DNA of 64,000 nucleotides from Oikopleura dioica (lineage: Eukaryota > Animalia > Chordata). Position numbers and translations under genes: made by a program. Position 1 is the first letter of the stretch, and every line of letters starts with the position of its first letter. Of this stretch, positions 34,764 through 47,969 are shown one piece after another. Under the pieces are notes generated by a model, which saw nothing but the letters and a program-made list of their open reading frames with translations, had not been told where the DNA came from and searched no databases. Where the stretch lies: positions 1,628,489 through 1,692,488 of the forward strand of contig OU015570.1 in the NCBI GenBank assembly GCA_907165135.1, written 5' to 3'.

Positions 34764-37097
34764 TTACTGTGGAACAATGACAGATTTTTTAAATTTTCGC
34801 GGTATGAGCGCTAGCTGGCGTTGGTCTTCCTGTAGGCTTCTTCTTTTTCTCTCTTCGCGCTGAGTTTTCTGGCTTCTAAAAGCCGCCATCAGCTTCGATT
34901 CTGCTTCGTGCGGCTTAAGATCATCCAGCCATTCATTCAGCTTGTTAAATTTGGCTCGCCCGTTTTCGTACATCTTTTCGTGGCATAGATTTTGGATTGA
35001 TTTCTCAAATCCCTTGAGAGTGGCGAAGGACGATTCTTAATTAAATTCAGATATGCTTTATTCAAAAGAAAATTACCGACTGCTCTGTTCGAGCAACTAA
35101 TTTTTCTGTCGTCTGGCAAGTTCAAATTCTTTAGAAGCCCGAAATCCTTCATGTATTTCTTCAGACTTCCACCGACAACAGCAACAGCAACAGTGTTCAG
35201 TCGCTTGATTCTTGTTGCGGAAACCTTCTGGAATCTTTCTTCAATCAGTTCCACGGTTTTTAGATTCCTCGGATGAAGACATCAGAGCCGCCTGATCCAA
35301 AAGACACGAATACGGCTCGTTTGAATCAACAATCGTCTTCATTCGCTGAATCACTGACTGGAACAAGTCTTTCAATCCCAGGAAAGACAGAGCTTCGTTG
35401 TTCACCTTTGAGATCTTCTTGTGGAAATGATTGATGTTCGCGCAGTAGTTCAGGAACAATGTTGCAGCGTCGAGCAAAACCCCATTATCTCGACCGGAGC
35501 AAAGTTTGTGGATCTGGTGAAACTTGCTGTCCTCAAAACTTCTTGTCATCATGTGCTTTGTCGCGTTCATCACCGTCGGAAAATGTCTCACAAGAGCGCC
35601 CGAGTTGCGACAGTCATTACCGAAGCGCTTGCCTATTAACATTAATTGAGAAAAATCATTCGAAGGAAGTTACCTAGATCGTGAGAGAAAATCTTTGTTC
35701 TGGTGCTCTCCAAATCGTATTTAAGAAGCAGCTGAAGCGATCGGCGACCATCCTGTTGGACGTACCCAAATTTTTCTGGTTTTCCGAAGACACTCTTCAC
35801 AAGTTCCAGTAAGGTAAATGCTTCTTCATTGACCTCTTTTAACGCAGAACAGCTGTTCTTGTCGCAGTTCGAAACGCAGTGCATCGCACAAAAGAGTGAT
35901 GGAGGTGCTTCCTTGTTGATTTCCCGCGTCAGTTTTTCTGCAACGATTGCGTTTGCGTTGATTTGAGCTGACTGCTGGTCAGACATAAGGAGATCAATCT
36001 TCTCGCCGATGACTCGTCCCAAACTGGTCTTGTTTATGATCGCAATCATTTGGTCGGCAATTATTTGACTTGTACCTCCGATCGAACGCTCGGTTCCGAT
36101 GAGATGAAGCTTGCCAGACTCGTCTATCAGCCCGACTGAAATCGTTTTGGATGCATCTAACATGGCTGCGCCGTCACTTGCGAGGTGGAATCGTTTGCCT
36201 TTAAGAATGACATCTTTGGTGTGCTCTTCGTTCAAATACTTCAATGAATCACGAAGTCGCTCAAACCAGTCAGGCGATGGAACTCTTTTTTCTTCGCCCA
36301 GAAGCTCGGGATAATACTTTGCTGTCGTTTTAAAGAAATTGTGGATGCTACTTGCTGTTTCTCCTTTAATAAGCATTTCCAGCGACAAGTTGATAAATTT
36401 GGGACTCCAAGTTCTGTTATCACCACCTTTTCCGTTACTAGGAAGTTTCCCGCTGCGAAGAAAAATATCGGTGATCGGCGATTTATCTTTAACCAGTTCC
36501 GGCTCATCATTTGCTTCCTGGATTTTGTCGACAACTTCATCTTCTTGGATTATTTCTTCTGATTCAGGCATCCATTTTTCCTCAAGCTCACCAGAATCTT
36601 CAATGAACACCTCGTTCATTTTGTCGTTGTTGTCTTCGTTGATTTCAGTCGTTTTCAATATTTGCGACAGACCAGTCGATCGGGTTCCAAGATCTTTCGC
36701 CGCAAAAGTAACGCAATCTTCCTTCGAAAAACTCGTTTTCGATTCGAAACCAGTGCTCAAGGTCTCGACGAACCTGATTTTTTCTTTGTCAATTTCATTC
36801 CTTTCAAGCAATTGTCAAAGACAAGTTCTGGTTGGTTTGTGATGATGTCTATGAAGGAGGATAGAAAAAATAACTTAGATGTATCATACCTTCGAGATAG
36901 GGAATTATCGCTGAATAAAATCCAGAAGTGTTTCTCGAATGTTTCTTTGCAATTTTCTCCAATTCTTCGGAATTCTCTAATATAGTTTCGAGGTATTCTC
37001 TTGAAAAGCCGGTGAATCGGACTTTCGTGTTGGAAGGCTTAATAATAAGCGGTGCGCGAAGGAACTTCATAAAAGATCGCTTGTTGAAAGAAAACAT
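34764..37097 (-). pseudogene. hAT-like DDE transposase with two 41-nt introns (36849-36889, 35633-35673) and about three frameshifts
   Basis: LASDG (D1), LMSDQ (D2), FCAMH (CxxH), DLG|KRF joined in frame by splicing; SNRAVGNF where the catalytic E is expected. Confidence 0.8.
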
Positions 37098-37363
37098 CTT
37101 GACGATAAAATTGAGAAAATTTACTCGCTCAATGATTCAAAAATTCGAATGAATTTTATTGCGTTAAAAAGTTAGGCTGAAATTGTAATCTAGAAAAAAT
37201 TAAGTTTTCGAGAAAAAAATGCTTTTTAATTTCTAGAACTTCTACGTCAAGAAAAGACTGAGACAGCACATCAAGCGCAAGAACAGAAACTTTATTTGAA
37301 AGAGAGTAGAGTTTCTTAAAGAAGAGACAGCTATCATTTTTCGCCCCTAGTCCCCCTATTTAA

Positions 37364-37790
37364 GGGATCCCCCGATCTCACCAACTTTGACCTCTATCTA
37401 CTTTTTTGAGCTTACGTAGCTGGTTTTGGGCGCATTAGAAAGCCCGCTTCGAAAGGAGCAAATTCTGGTAGAATCAGCTTGCCAGCAAAACATTCGCTTA
37501 TGCATTAGAGGCCGTCAAAGTGATTAACATTTTGAAAAATGGCCATTTTAGGTCATTTTTAAATCGTATCTACTTTTTTTGGGCTTTGGGATTCAAAATC
37601 TTTTTCGTTTATCTAAAAGTATAGACGCTAATCTTTATTTTTTGGTAGAATCAGCATGATCGGATAAGTTAAGAAACGCGACGAATGTTTTTTGCACAGT
37701 TGGACAGTCACTGGCGATAAACTTGGTGGATAGATACTTCTGCAGGTCGATTTGCACTTTGAGAGGGGCATTAGACCAAAGTGAGGGGTT
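37364..37790. mobile_element. Partial copy of the TTAA-flanked GGGATC MITE family inside hAT copy 2
   Basis: TTAA|GGGATCCCCCGAT..; same sequence as one end of 43825-44509 and as 50768 onward; far end not delimited. Confidence 0.6.
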
Positions 37791-38247
37791 GAATTTTGAG
37801 GCAGTTTTTGGATTTTTTTAATTATTCTAATAAGTTCTTTCTGGTTTCATAAGAATAATCATTCTTCCGTTATAAGAGGGCCTCCAGAGGCTGCTTCGTT
37901 TTTAACCAATCAGAGCGCACCTAGCTTTCTCACGGCGATTCATAACAAACTGCTAGAATTAAAACTACCAGCACAAGAAAACGGTGAATTTTTAGAGAAA
38001 CTTTCAAAAGAAAAATGATTTTTTATTTTATCGCTATCATAATTTGGCAACGCGAAGTTTGTGCTGCCACTAGAAGTATGAAAAACCGAGAGAAATCGGC
38101 GACTCCGATGGTGAATCGGAATATTAATATCATCATTTTTTCGCCGTATTCGAAAACCTAAACTTTATAAAAGTCAATTCTTAATACAATAAGGATTTGG
38201 ATTTTGAAAAATAAGGTCCTCCAATCGTGCGGAACCCTACCTAGGGT

Positions 38248-39320
38248 TATTGTCTACTACGTCGTTAAGTGAACTCGTCTCTTCCTTTGTGTGGGCAGCA
38301 TTCCATATGCCATACACATTCGTTACCTTTACTTGATGATGGAGTGATGGCATAGTAAATTTTTGTGACTTTCCGAAAATTCACCTGGACCAACAAAGGA
38401 CACATTTGATTCAAGACCGATCCAGTCTTTGACAAAAAATTAAAATAGTTCTTTGCCTGCAGGTTTATGTCTTTGCTATTCTCATAACAAACGAGGTTTC
38501 TTCGGAAGGGTTCCTCTCGTGTCCATTTCGAGAAATGTACCTCTCGTGTCCATGCACCTCTCGTGGCCATATACCTCTCGTGTCCATATACCTCTCGTGG
38601 TCATGACGTAGAGACTTGCGATCACGGAGCATTTTGATGATAAGTTGGGTCTCCAAGCATTTTTTCAAGGATACTATGAGAAGGTCCTTTTGATTGAGTT
38701 AAAATTTCAATAGTTTCAAGTAAGAATAAGTAAATTTATTTGCACAAACCAGACAAAATTCTCTTTAGAATAAGAGGCAAATGTATGAGGGTACTATATT
38801 TAATATAGTTATCTTTTTCAGGTTTTTCGATTAAACAAATTGTTTTCATCAATTCATCTCGATTTTTATTCATATAAAAACTTAATTTATGACCTCTTAT
38901 TATAAATATATAAAGCGTGTAAGCACTCTCTTTGAGGAAATTGGGAGACCCTAAGTTTCATAAGCCGGTGAGTAATGACCACGAGAGGTATATGGCCACG
39001 AGAGGTGCATGGACACGAGAGGTACATTTCTCGAAATGGACACGAGAGGAACCCTTCCGATTTCTTCGAGAGAATTCAGGAAGATGTGGAGAGAATTGAA
39101 CGTTTAACACGACTTGCTGGTCTGCGTCGGTGTAATATGTGTGTTTGGTGCTATTCGTGAGGATTATCCCCAAATTCTGTAAGTTTGCGGTTCCGGATCT
39201 GGTAAAGTTGAGAAGTTGTAGAATGATGCATATTATGCTGGTCAAATTATTTTCTAGGCCGCAAATCATATCGGCGTTGAGGGTCTGTGTCTTCAGAAAT
39301 CTGTAATGGGGAATTATCAA
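38248..39320 (-). pseudogene. env: env N-terminal fragment of element C (duplicated at ~42317-43390), continuing past the hAT at ~33500-33735
   Basis: Signal-like IICIILQLL; QNLGIILTN..; frame is continuous after removing the MITE (..PEFSRRN|LVCYENS..); MECC Cys cluster; RERRR after the hAT. Confidence 0.55.
38502..39060. mobile_element. 559-bp MITE with repeat-containing TIRs and 5-bp TSD TTTCT (second copy 42572-43130)
   Basis: TCGGAAGGGTTCCTCTCGTGTCC.. / ..GGACACGAGAGGAACCCTTCCGA; CCTCTCGTG repeated 4-5 times per arm. Confidence 0.85.
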
Positions 39321-41067
39321 TCGGGCAATAATCGAAAGCCGTTTAAACTTCCTTTTCGATTGGGAATTTACTTGGTTCTACTAGTCGGCCACAATCATCA
39401 GATTAGTAAGCAAAAGTGACGGCGCGCTAGTTCTTTACACGCTGCGCGGGGAGCCCGAAAAGCATTAGCGCGCGCCATAATCTCAGTGGGTGCTTGTTTT
39501 GACCCAGTACACGGAATCAGATGCAAACAATACCGGGTGATTAACACAAAAAAGTTCCCGGATTTTTTTGTATAACCTTGCATCCCTTTTAGTTTTTTTT
39601 GATGGCGACCAAACAGAAAGGGAAAATAATATAAGAGGAATTCTCCAAACGATCGAATATATTTCTCAAAACTATTTAACTCATCTTGATGAAAACGAGA
39701 GTGGAGGCGATCATGGATGGTTTCTCGTTTTGGCTAGAAAAGGATAATTGACCATTTTATTTGCTCAAGAGGCTAACAGTGATGTTTGCAAGTGCCTTTG
39801 TATTTTACCTGAGCTTGAGCGCGGGTACACTCTCTGAACTCGGGTCAAGCGTATTTGACAAGACGAACTGATTTTTGTTTTGGCTTTTCATCGCGCTTGT
39901 CATAGAAAGTTTTAAACCTGCCATAAGAGAAATTCGATCGAAGGCACTGCAATGGGCGCTGTTGAAATTTTGAACTAAGAAAATTCATTCTCTTAAAAAT
40001 AAATTTGCTGCAAAAATGTCGCAAAAAGAAAAGAGAATCCGCATGACATTGGCCGAGAAAAAAAGATATGCAGAGATTATAGTGAAGACGCCGGAGAAGA
40101 GTGATGCAAAGAAGATTATTAATGGGCTATTTCGAAAGACACATGATGGAAAAGACATTTCGACGCGGTTGGAGGTGGAAGAAGTACCACAAGTTCTAGT
40201 AAGAGAAGATGCCGACGCTGAAAAGCCATCGACTTCAAAATCGCCAAAGAAGCAGCCGAAAATAACGGTTTTTTTTGTTAAAAAGTAAATCTGTGAATAA
40301 AAATTGAAAAAATAGTGGCCTAAAGTTGGATTTTTTTCGGATGACAGATTTCGGAGATTTTTCAAAAAAGTGGCCTGAAGTTGCTCGGCCTTAAGTTGGG
40401 GTTTCACTGTATCAATGGGCAATTTATAAATCTTTCTTTGAAAAAAAAGAAATACGGCTTACGCGGCGTCCACCCTAGCCGCGAGAGAAATGCCTGAGGG
40501 CGAATGCAGCGCTGTGCGCTTCGCGCCGCGCAAAAATGGTCAAAAATAGACCTTCAATCGTGAATTACAGTATGTTTGTCATCTGCTTCCCAAAATTTAT
40601 CAACTGAATATTTTTCACCTCAATCGAAATAATATATTTATCAAAAAATTTTCTGGGAAGCTTGTGACTAACATGTATTTAACATATATTTCCATATATC
40701 TCTTCAACCCTTTAATTTTTTTTTCTCTAAAATATGTTTTTTTAACCTTTTAACAGATATATTAAACCTGTAAAAGTTTGAAAACAATACGATTTGTCTA
40801 TCAAAAGATAGTATTTTTGGGCGCGAACGCTACAAACAGGGAATCTTCAATGTCAAGAAATCTCCATTTTTAGATGTAAACTTATGTTCATCATCATCAT
40901 CCATAAGTGGTTCGAAATAGATAACGACCTCTAAAAATTTGAGAGAACTTTTCGTAAACTGGAAGATATTGTGCTCGACGTCGCTCTCTGTGAAAGTGAA
41001 GAACTTGAAGGAATTCCATGTGGTTTCCAACAAGCATTTTGAAGGAAAATTATGAATGTCCTAGGGT

Positions 41068-42308
41068 TAGGGTTCCGCACGATTGGACCAAAAATTTATT
41101 TTTTAATAAAATTTGGAGATTCCACCAAAAATATGCCAAGGAACTCATTCCTGGTCTCTGTTTTCCCCAAAATCCCCCTTCAGCCCTTTTAGGGCTTCAA
41201 AGTAAATTTTGCCAAAGAGGCCTGCTGCGCGCTGATTGGCTGGCGCTCGTCGCGGGAATATAAATCGGGTAATGCTAACCACCGTCGACCTGGAGTTGGC
41301 TGAGTGGTGAGCGCTTCTCTTTGCAAAGAGGAGGCGGCGAGCTCGAAGCCAGCTCGAACGCACCCCTTTTCCATGTTTGGCTTTCTAGCTTCAACATGGA
41401 AAACGCGGATGGGCCTCGAAAAGAAAAATTCTTTTTGAGATTCGAGCTCACGCCCGTCCGCCAATCCTTTTGAAGGACTGCGCTCACCACTCAGCCAACA
41501 GCTACTTGGGGGTGGTCCCGTTTACCGAGTTTCGACTCGAAATTTCCGGAGTCAAAGTTTCCGGACATTTTTTGGATTTTAATCAATCCCCCGATTTCGT
41601 CAACTTTGACTTCGAACTACTTTTTTGGTCGGTTTTTAAAGGTTTTTAAAGGATGAGGGCTCATTTTGAAAATAGCAAAGTTTCGAAATCTTCAAAAATG
41701 GGATTCTCAGATTATTTATGAATTTTCTTGAAATTTTTACTTGTTTATATTCTGCCTATTTATGATATGCTTATTATTTATTATTTTCGAAATATTTTTG
41801 CTTTATATATTATCTGGTTATTAGAATTTAGTCATTATAAATGATAGACACTTTAAAAAAGCGAAAAATGATCAGAAATAGCATCATTTGGGCCCAATTC
41901 TGATGGAAAATTTTTATTTTTGAAAAAGCGGCCAAATTTAAGCTTTCTATAGAGCCCTTATTCGTCTAATTCTATCGACTCTCAAAAGTGGAAAAATTGC
42001 GGGACCCTGCGAAATTGAGTGAAAGAAAAAAGAGAAGTTATAACGACATAGTGATTTTCAGAATTTACATTTTAAATTTACTGTGGAACAATGACAGATT
42101 TTTTAAATTTTCGCGGTATGAGCGCTAGCTGGCGTTGGTCTTCCTGTAGGCTTCTTCTTTTTCTCTCTTCGCGCTGAGTTTTCTGGCTTCTAAAAGCCGC
42201 CATCATTTTCGCCGTATTCGAAAACCTAAACTTTATAAAAAGTCAATTCTTAATACAATAAGGATTTGGATTTTGAAAAATAAGGTCCTCCAATCGTGCG
42301 GAACCCTA
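41068..42308 (-). mobile_element. Ds-like internal-deletion derivative of hAT copy 2 (1241 bp)
   Basis: Same TIRs and same CCTAGGGT TSD; deletion junction at CATCA (42201-42205). Confidence 0.9.
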
Positions 42309-43479
42309 CCTAGGGTTATTGTCTACTACGTCGTTAAGTGAACTCGTCTCTTCCTTTGTGTGGGCAGCATTCCATATGCCATACACATTCGTTACCTTTA
42401 CTTGATGATGGAGTGATGGCATAGTAAATTTTTGTGACTTTCCGAAAATTCACCTGGACCAACAAAGGACACATTTGATTCAAGACCGATCCAGTCTTTG
42501 ACAAAAAAATTAAAATAGTTCTTTGCCTGCAGGTTTATGTCTTTGCTATTCTCATAACAAACAAGGTTTCTTCGGAAGGGTTCCTCTCGTGTCCATTTCG
42601 AGAAATGTACCTCTCGTGTCCATGCACCTCTCGTGGCCATATACCTCTCGTGTCCATATACCTCTCGTGGTCATGACGTAGAGACTTGCGATCACGGAGC
42701 ATTTTGATGATAAGTTGGGTCTCCAAGCATTTTTTCAAGGATACTATGAGAAGGTCCTTTTGATTGAGTTAAAATTTCAATAGTTTCAAGTAAGAATAAG
42801 TAAATTTATTTGCACAAACCAGACAAAATTCTCTTTAGAATAAGAGGCAAATGTATGAGGGTACTATATTTAATATAGTTATCTTTTTCAGGTTTTTCGA
42901 TTAAACAAATTGTTTTCATCAATTCATCTCGATTTTTATTCATATAAAAACTTAATTTATGACCTCTTATTATAAATAAATAAAGCGTGTAAGCACTCTC
43001 TTTGAGGAAATTGGGAGACCCTAAGTTTCATAAGCCGGTGAGTAATGACCACGAGAGGTATATGGCCACGAGAGGTGCATGGACACGAGAGGTACATTTC
43101 TCGAAATGGACACGAGAGGAACCCTTCCGATTTCTTCGAGAGAATTCAGGAAGATGTGGAGAGAATTGAACGTTTAACACGACTTGCTGGTCTGCGTCGG
43201 TGTAATATGTGTGTTTGGTGCTATTCGTGAGGATTATCCCCAAATTCTGTAAGTTTGCGGTTCCGGATCTGGTAAAGTTGAGAAGTTGTAGAATGATGCA
43301 TATTATGCTGGTCAAATTATTTTCTAGGCCGCAAATCATATCGGCGTTGAGGGTCTGTGTCTTCAGAAATCTGTAATGGGGAATTATCAATCGGGCAATA
43401 ATCGAAAGCCGTTTAAACTTCCTTTTCGATTGGGAATTTGCTATTGTAAACATTCTGCGATTTCTCTTCAATAAAGACG

Positions 43480-46400
43480 GTATCGCTTTCGCGTAGATAC
43501 TTTCTGTCTCTATCGGTTAAAGGCAACTTAACAAGATGGCGTCCATTTCGACGCACTTTATTTTCCCAGAATACATGGGTTATGCGGCATAATTATGCCG
43601 TATGTATTACGTGTTCCCACTTTCTCTATGTAAAATGGGCCTCTGTCTGGCTGGGCATGCCCGAGAGCTGATTTAGGGTCTCTAATCATTACCAAGTCGT
43701 TCTTTCCCAAGGTTCCTTCTACCACATTTGATTTTAGAAAGAATCTAATGAGGTGTTGTTCAGCAACCTTTGAATGCAAAGCTTTCATTTGCTGTCTATA
43801 TTCATGAACACCATTCGGACTTAAGGGATCACCCCCGATTTTTCAAAACTTTGGCACAGCTCATTTTCGCCTATCATAAGATTCCTCGTGTTCTGAGGAT
43901 CATTTTGATTTATTATAGTACCCCTCTACATAAATGCGTCCCAAAAATTTTGGCCTCCAAAGTTTGGGAAAATGCACGTAATTTGTACTTAGCGTGAAAA
44001 TCGCGATTATTTTCAATTTTTCATCGTTATCAAAAGAGGACAAGTTAGGGGTTGATCGAAAGCTTAGAATGTGCTGATTACGAATATGATATCCGCACTA
44101 GAATCTTCGGCCATTTGTTGGCGCTAGAGAGCATTTAACCACAAAAATGCCAAAAATGGCTCCAAAAAGTTCTACAACTAGGAAAATTTTTTCACTCATC
44201 CAATTATGCTGGTTCTACCAGAATATTAAGTTTAGGCTCTGAGCTATCTAAAGAAGCAAAAATATTGGTGATTAAAAAGCCCCAAAAAAAGTAGATACGA
44301 TTTGAAAATGGTCAAAAATAGCCATTTTCGCCAACTTTAATCACTTTGACGGCCTGTAATGCATAAGCGAATGTTATGCTGGCAAGCTGATTCTACCAGA
44401 ATTTGCTCCTTTTAAAGCGGGCTTTCTAATGCGCCTAACACCAGCTTCCTACGTAAGCTCAAAAAAAAGTAGATAGAGGTCAAAGTTGACGAAATCAGGG
44501 GGGGATCCCTTAAGTCTGGGGTCTTTTTTTCATTAAATGCTAGACTTGAGAAATACGACGGAGGATCTTGACTGAAAAGGACCTGATGTGGTGTTAGGTA
44601 AGAAAGCCCGCTGCTTGGTCTTTGATTGTATGCATAGACTTCCATGTTAAATTTATGATTGATATTTGCTGGGGTCAGGTCATAGGCTTTGAGGATATTT
44701 CTGACCTCTCTATGTCGTCGTTCGACGATATTAGGTCGAGGATTTGGGAGAGGGGTGACTGTGACTAACGAGATTTCTTTCAAAACACTCGTTCACTTCA
44801 GGATTATTGAATTCACCTCCCCCATCAGTAATGATGTAACCTCTAGTGTTCAAACCTGACTCCCAAATAATTTAATCTAGCTCTCTACCATGAGAGGCTG
44901 TGAGAGGGCGCGTACTAGACGGCAGGTTAAACTGTGACTGAATTCGTCCAAAAATGTGACGTAAATTAATGTTTTGCCCTCACATGTTAACTTTATCGTG
45001 TCTGCATAAACTGTCGCATATGGTTTAAGTGTTGGCTCGACAGCTGCTTTGACTTCCTCTGTGGGCTGTCTTTTGTGTACTATTGCGCATTTAAGGCAAC
45101 TTTTCACACAAAGGCCGACATTTTTCTGCTTATTCGTGAATGATAAGGGTTCACTGCGGCTACGATGTTGTAATCACATTTGCTCCCCGCAGTGGAGTAG
45201 GCTTTCGAGACAACTGCCAGCAGTTTCCCGTTTTTCATTTTGCAGATGATATCATTAACAATCGTGTATCCAGTTCCGCTTTTTCTCTTTTCTCTCGGAG
45301 CGCAAATAAATCCCTGATTTCATTCTTTTAAAAATTTTGTGAACCGGGTTCACACAGATTGTGAACCGGGTTCACAAAATTGAGAACCGGGTTGCCCTTC
45401 ACCCATATCATCCTTTATTTTTATGAGTTTTTCACATTTTTGTTGCGCTTGTTTGATTGCTTCTGGATCAACTTGCGCTCGCTGAATATTTAAATTCATA
45501 ACGTTGAGATTCTCGTCTTATGAAATATTTCCGGGACAGAGAATAGATGGGCTAAAAACTTTTCTGTGGTCAATCTCAGTGATTGGATGCCTGGACAGAT
45601 TATCAACAATTTTGATGATTTCGCTTGTATTGGGCAGGTAAATGACTCTTGCCCGTACGAATTCGCAAACTGTGTCATAGGCTCGGCGAGCCCTTGTCCC
45701 GTTTCCGGGCTTCAGGCCTGCTTTTGTAGTCAAGTCTTCCAGTGACTTATGATCGACGATAAAGATCAATCTAGCGTCTGTTGGAAAAAGGTCGCTGAAG
45801 GATTTGATTCCGTGCATCAAACCCACGAGTTCACGTGACCTTGCTGTGAGGTAGTACTCAACTTCATCGAGTGCTTTTGACGAGTGTCCGCAGACGCGGA
45901 CATTTGATATTTCATCGTTTTCGAGTGTCAGGTTACCAATAATGGCACCTGTTTGCGTAAGACTAGTATCACTTGCAACAAAGATGTGCTCTGTTAAATC
46001 CGCGTCTGATTGGTAAACGAGATGGCAAACACCGACTCCTTTACTAATATTTAGTTTCAGAAGCTCGATGTTGGCTCTCATAGCGTCTGTAAGGGCAAAC
46101 TTTTTGCCAAGAGATATCGCTTTAGCGATCGGAGAGAGAAGTGCTGAAAGCTTGAGAATGAGTCTACAGTAATAATTGAGGCTGCTTATAAATGACATCG
46201 CCTGTTTAGCGGTTTCAGGCATTTTATGGTCAAGAAGTGCCTCAATTTTTGCTTCTGGTGTTTAAACACCGTTTTCACCGACGATAAATCCCAAGAATTT
46301 TACCAATTTCTTAAAAAACTCACATTTTGCCAAAGAGACTACAATGTTGTGTTCATGTATCTTCTTGAAATTGGTCTCTAAAGTTTTGTTATGGTTTCTT

Positions 46401-47889
46401 TCGGGACAAGCAACAAGAAAATCATCTTTGTAATTGAAGCAGAAGAAAGTGTTTCCATTTTCTTCTATTTCATGCAATAGTTTGCTTGCGAATGCTTGGA
46501 AGGTCGAAGGTGCCGAAGCGAGTCCTTGACACATTCTTTTGTATTGCAATTATTTATCCCCAAAGATAAAGGCGGTGTAATCACGATTTTTTTCGCGTAT
46601 TGCCATGGTAAAGAAGGCATTCGTCAGATCCAAACTGCAAAAAAAAATTGATCTGTTGGAAATCGAGCCTTTAATCTTGATATTGCTCTCGACAATTCTG
46701 CCAACAGTGATCGAATTGGGAGCGTGGGGAAGCGCGGGAGGACAAGCGTAGAGTCAATAGAATTGCTCCCTCCCGCGGAGTAGTTATTCACGACTCGTAA
46801 CTTCCCGTTTTTCTTTTCGACAGTCAGAAGTGGGCTTTTGAAGCCGTTCACTGTTGGTTCTAGTATCCCAGAGTCGATTATTTCTTTCAATTTTTCGTCG
46901 ACTCTCTCTTTTTTATGCGCGTCGATACTATACGGCTTGTGGAAAACAGGCGTGACATCTGTCAGTCGTATTTCGCACACAAAGTGTTGCGACAAGCCAG
47001 CATCCGACGGCGATCTGGAGAAATTCCATTGGAATTCTTCAAGAATGCGCTTATGGCCTTGAGCATATTGGAAAGGCGGCGCCGAAACGGCTGCTTTGAT
47101 TTCAGTGCTGATATCGATATCCTCAACTAACAGTTCTCGTTTACTTTTCCATTCTTTGAATTCGAGCTCATGAGTGCGCCTTTCTGCCTGCGGTAATTTG
47201 CTCGTCTTAACTTAGAAATTTAGCACTTGCTGCGGCATTGTTTCTGCTGCTTCTGCAAGTGCTGCCTCTTTTTCAACAGGATCGTTTGGTTTGACCTGTT
47301 GTTGATTTTAATTGGTCAAGATCCTTAATGATTGTGTAGGTCTGGAGGGCTTGTTTTGCTTCAGCCATCTCCGCTGTTACTACAATGCTCAAATCATTTT
47401 TATCGCGATAAGCTCGAGTTCGGCGGATTTTAACGTACTCTGTCTCCTTCGGACCGATAAAGGACGTGTCCATAGCGACGAGAGCAGATTTTTTAGTACG
47501 CTTTACAATCTCGACGATTTTCTCTTCGATTTTCGTGCATCTGAACCTTTTTAGTAGAATAGGTCCTTCAGGAAAGCCGTAAAGATTTTTAATCTTTTTA
47601 GTAGGTTATAGCCTAAAACTCCGTTGTAATCAATTTTATTTTCATTTGATATAATTAAAAATTTTATATTAGGGACTGTCTTCCCTTGAACATTAATATT
47701 ACAGGTAACTGTTTCTGAAATGCTGCACATGTTGACGTTAAATGCATTGCTTATTCCTACTTCAGATTTACGCAATAAAAAGCTGCTGGCTCCTGTATCG
47801 AGGAGAACATTATGAACTTCGTGGTGAAGAATATCTTCGTCTCGATATTGGGCGATAATGATTGAGGTAGTTGGCAGAGCGGGTCCCAT
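43480..47889 (-). pseudogene. pol: pol of element C, many stops and frameshifts
   Basis: LLDTGAS; YKRMCQGL..YKDDF; ASDTS..RELVG..VDHKSL..VDNLSR; SCLKC; YADTI..FLDEFS; VERRH; GPF. Confidence 0.85.
43825..44509. mobile_element. 685-bp non-autonomous element with TTAA TSD and GG..CC termini (Kolobok-like)
   Basis: TTAA at 43821-43824 and 44510-44513; TIR GGGATC(A)CCCCC; removing it restores the integrase frame (..KKTPDL|SPNGVHEYRQQMKALH..). Confidence 0.8.
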
Positions 47890-47969
47890 CTTGATTGGGA
47901 ATTTTACAAATTTATAATCAAAATAATTGAACGGATTTTGGGGAAATATACAAGGTCGAGAAGATTTGA

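Larger units (their letters stand above)
33744..38239 (-). mobile_element. hAT-superfamily DNA transposon (copy 2), full length 4496 bp
   Basis: TIRs TAGGGTTCCGCACGATTGGA; perfect 8-bp TSD CCTAGGGT (33736-33743 and 38240-38247). Confidence 0.92.
32047..43439. repeat. Tandem segmental duplication: unit 1 32047-39364, unit 2 39365-43439 (unit 2 lacks 3244 bp)
   Basis: Near-identical sequence, mostly homopolymer-length differences; AATTT microhomology at the junctions. Confidence 0.92.
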
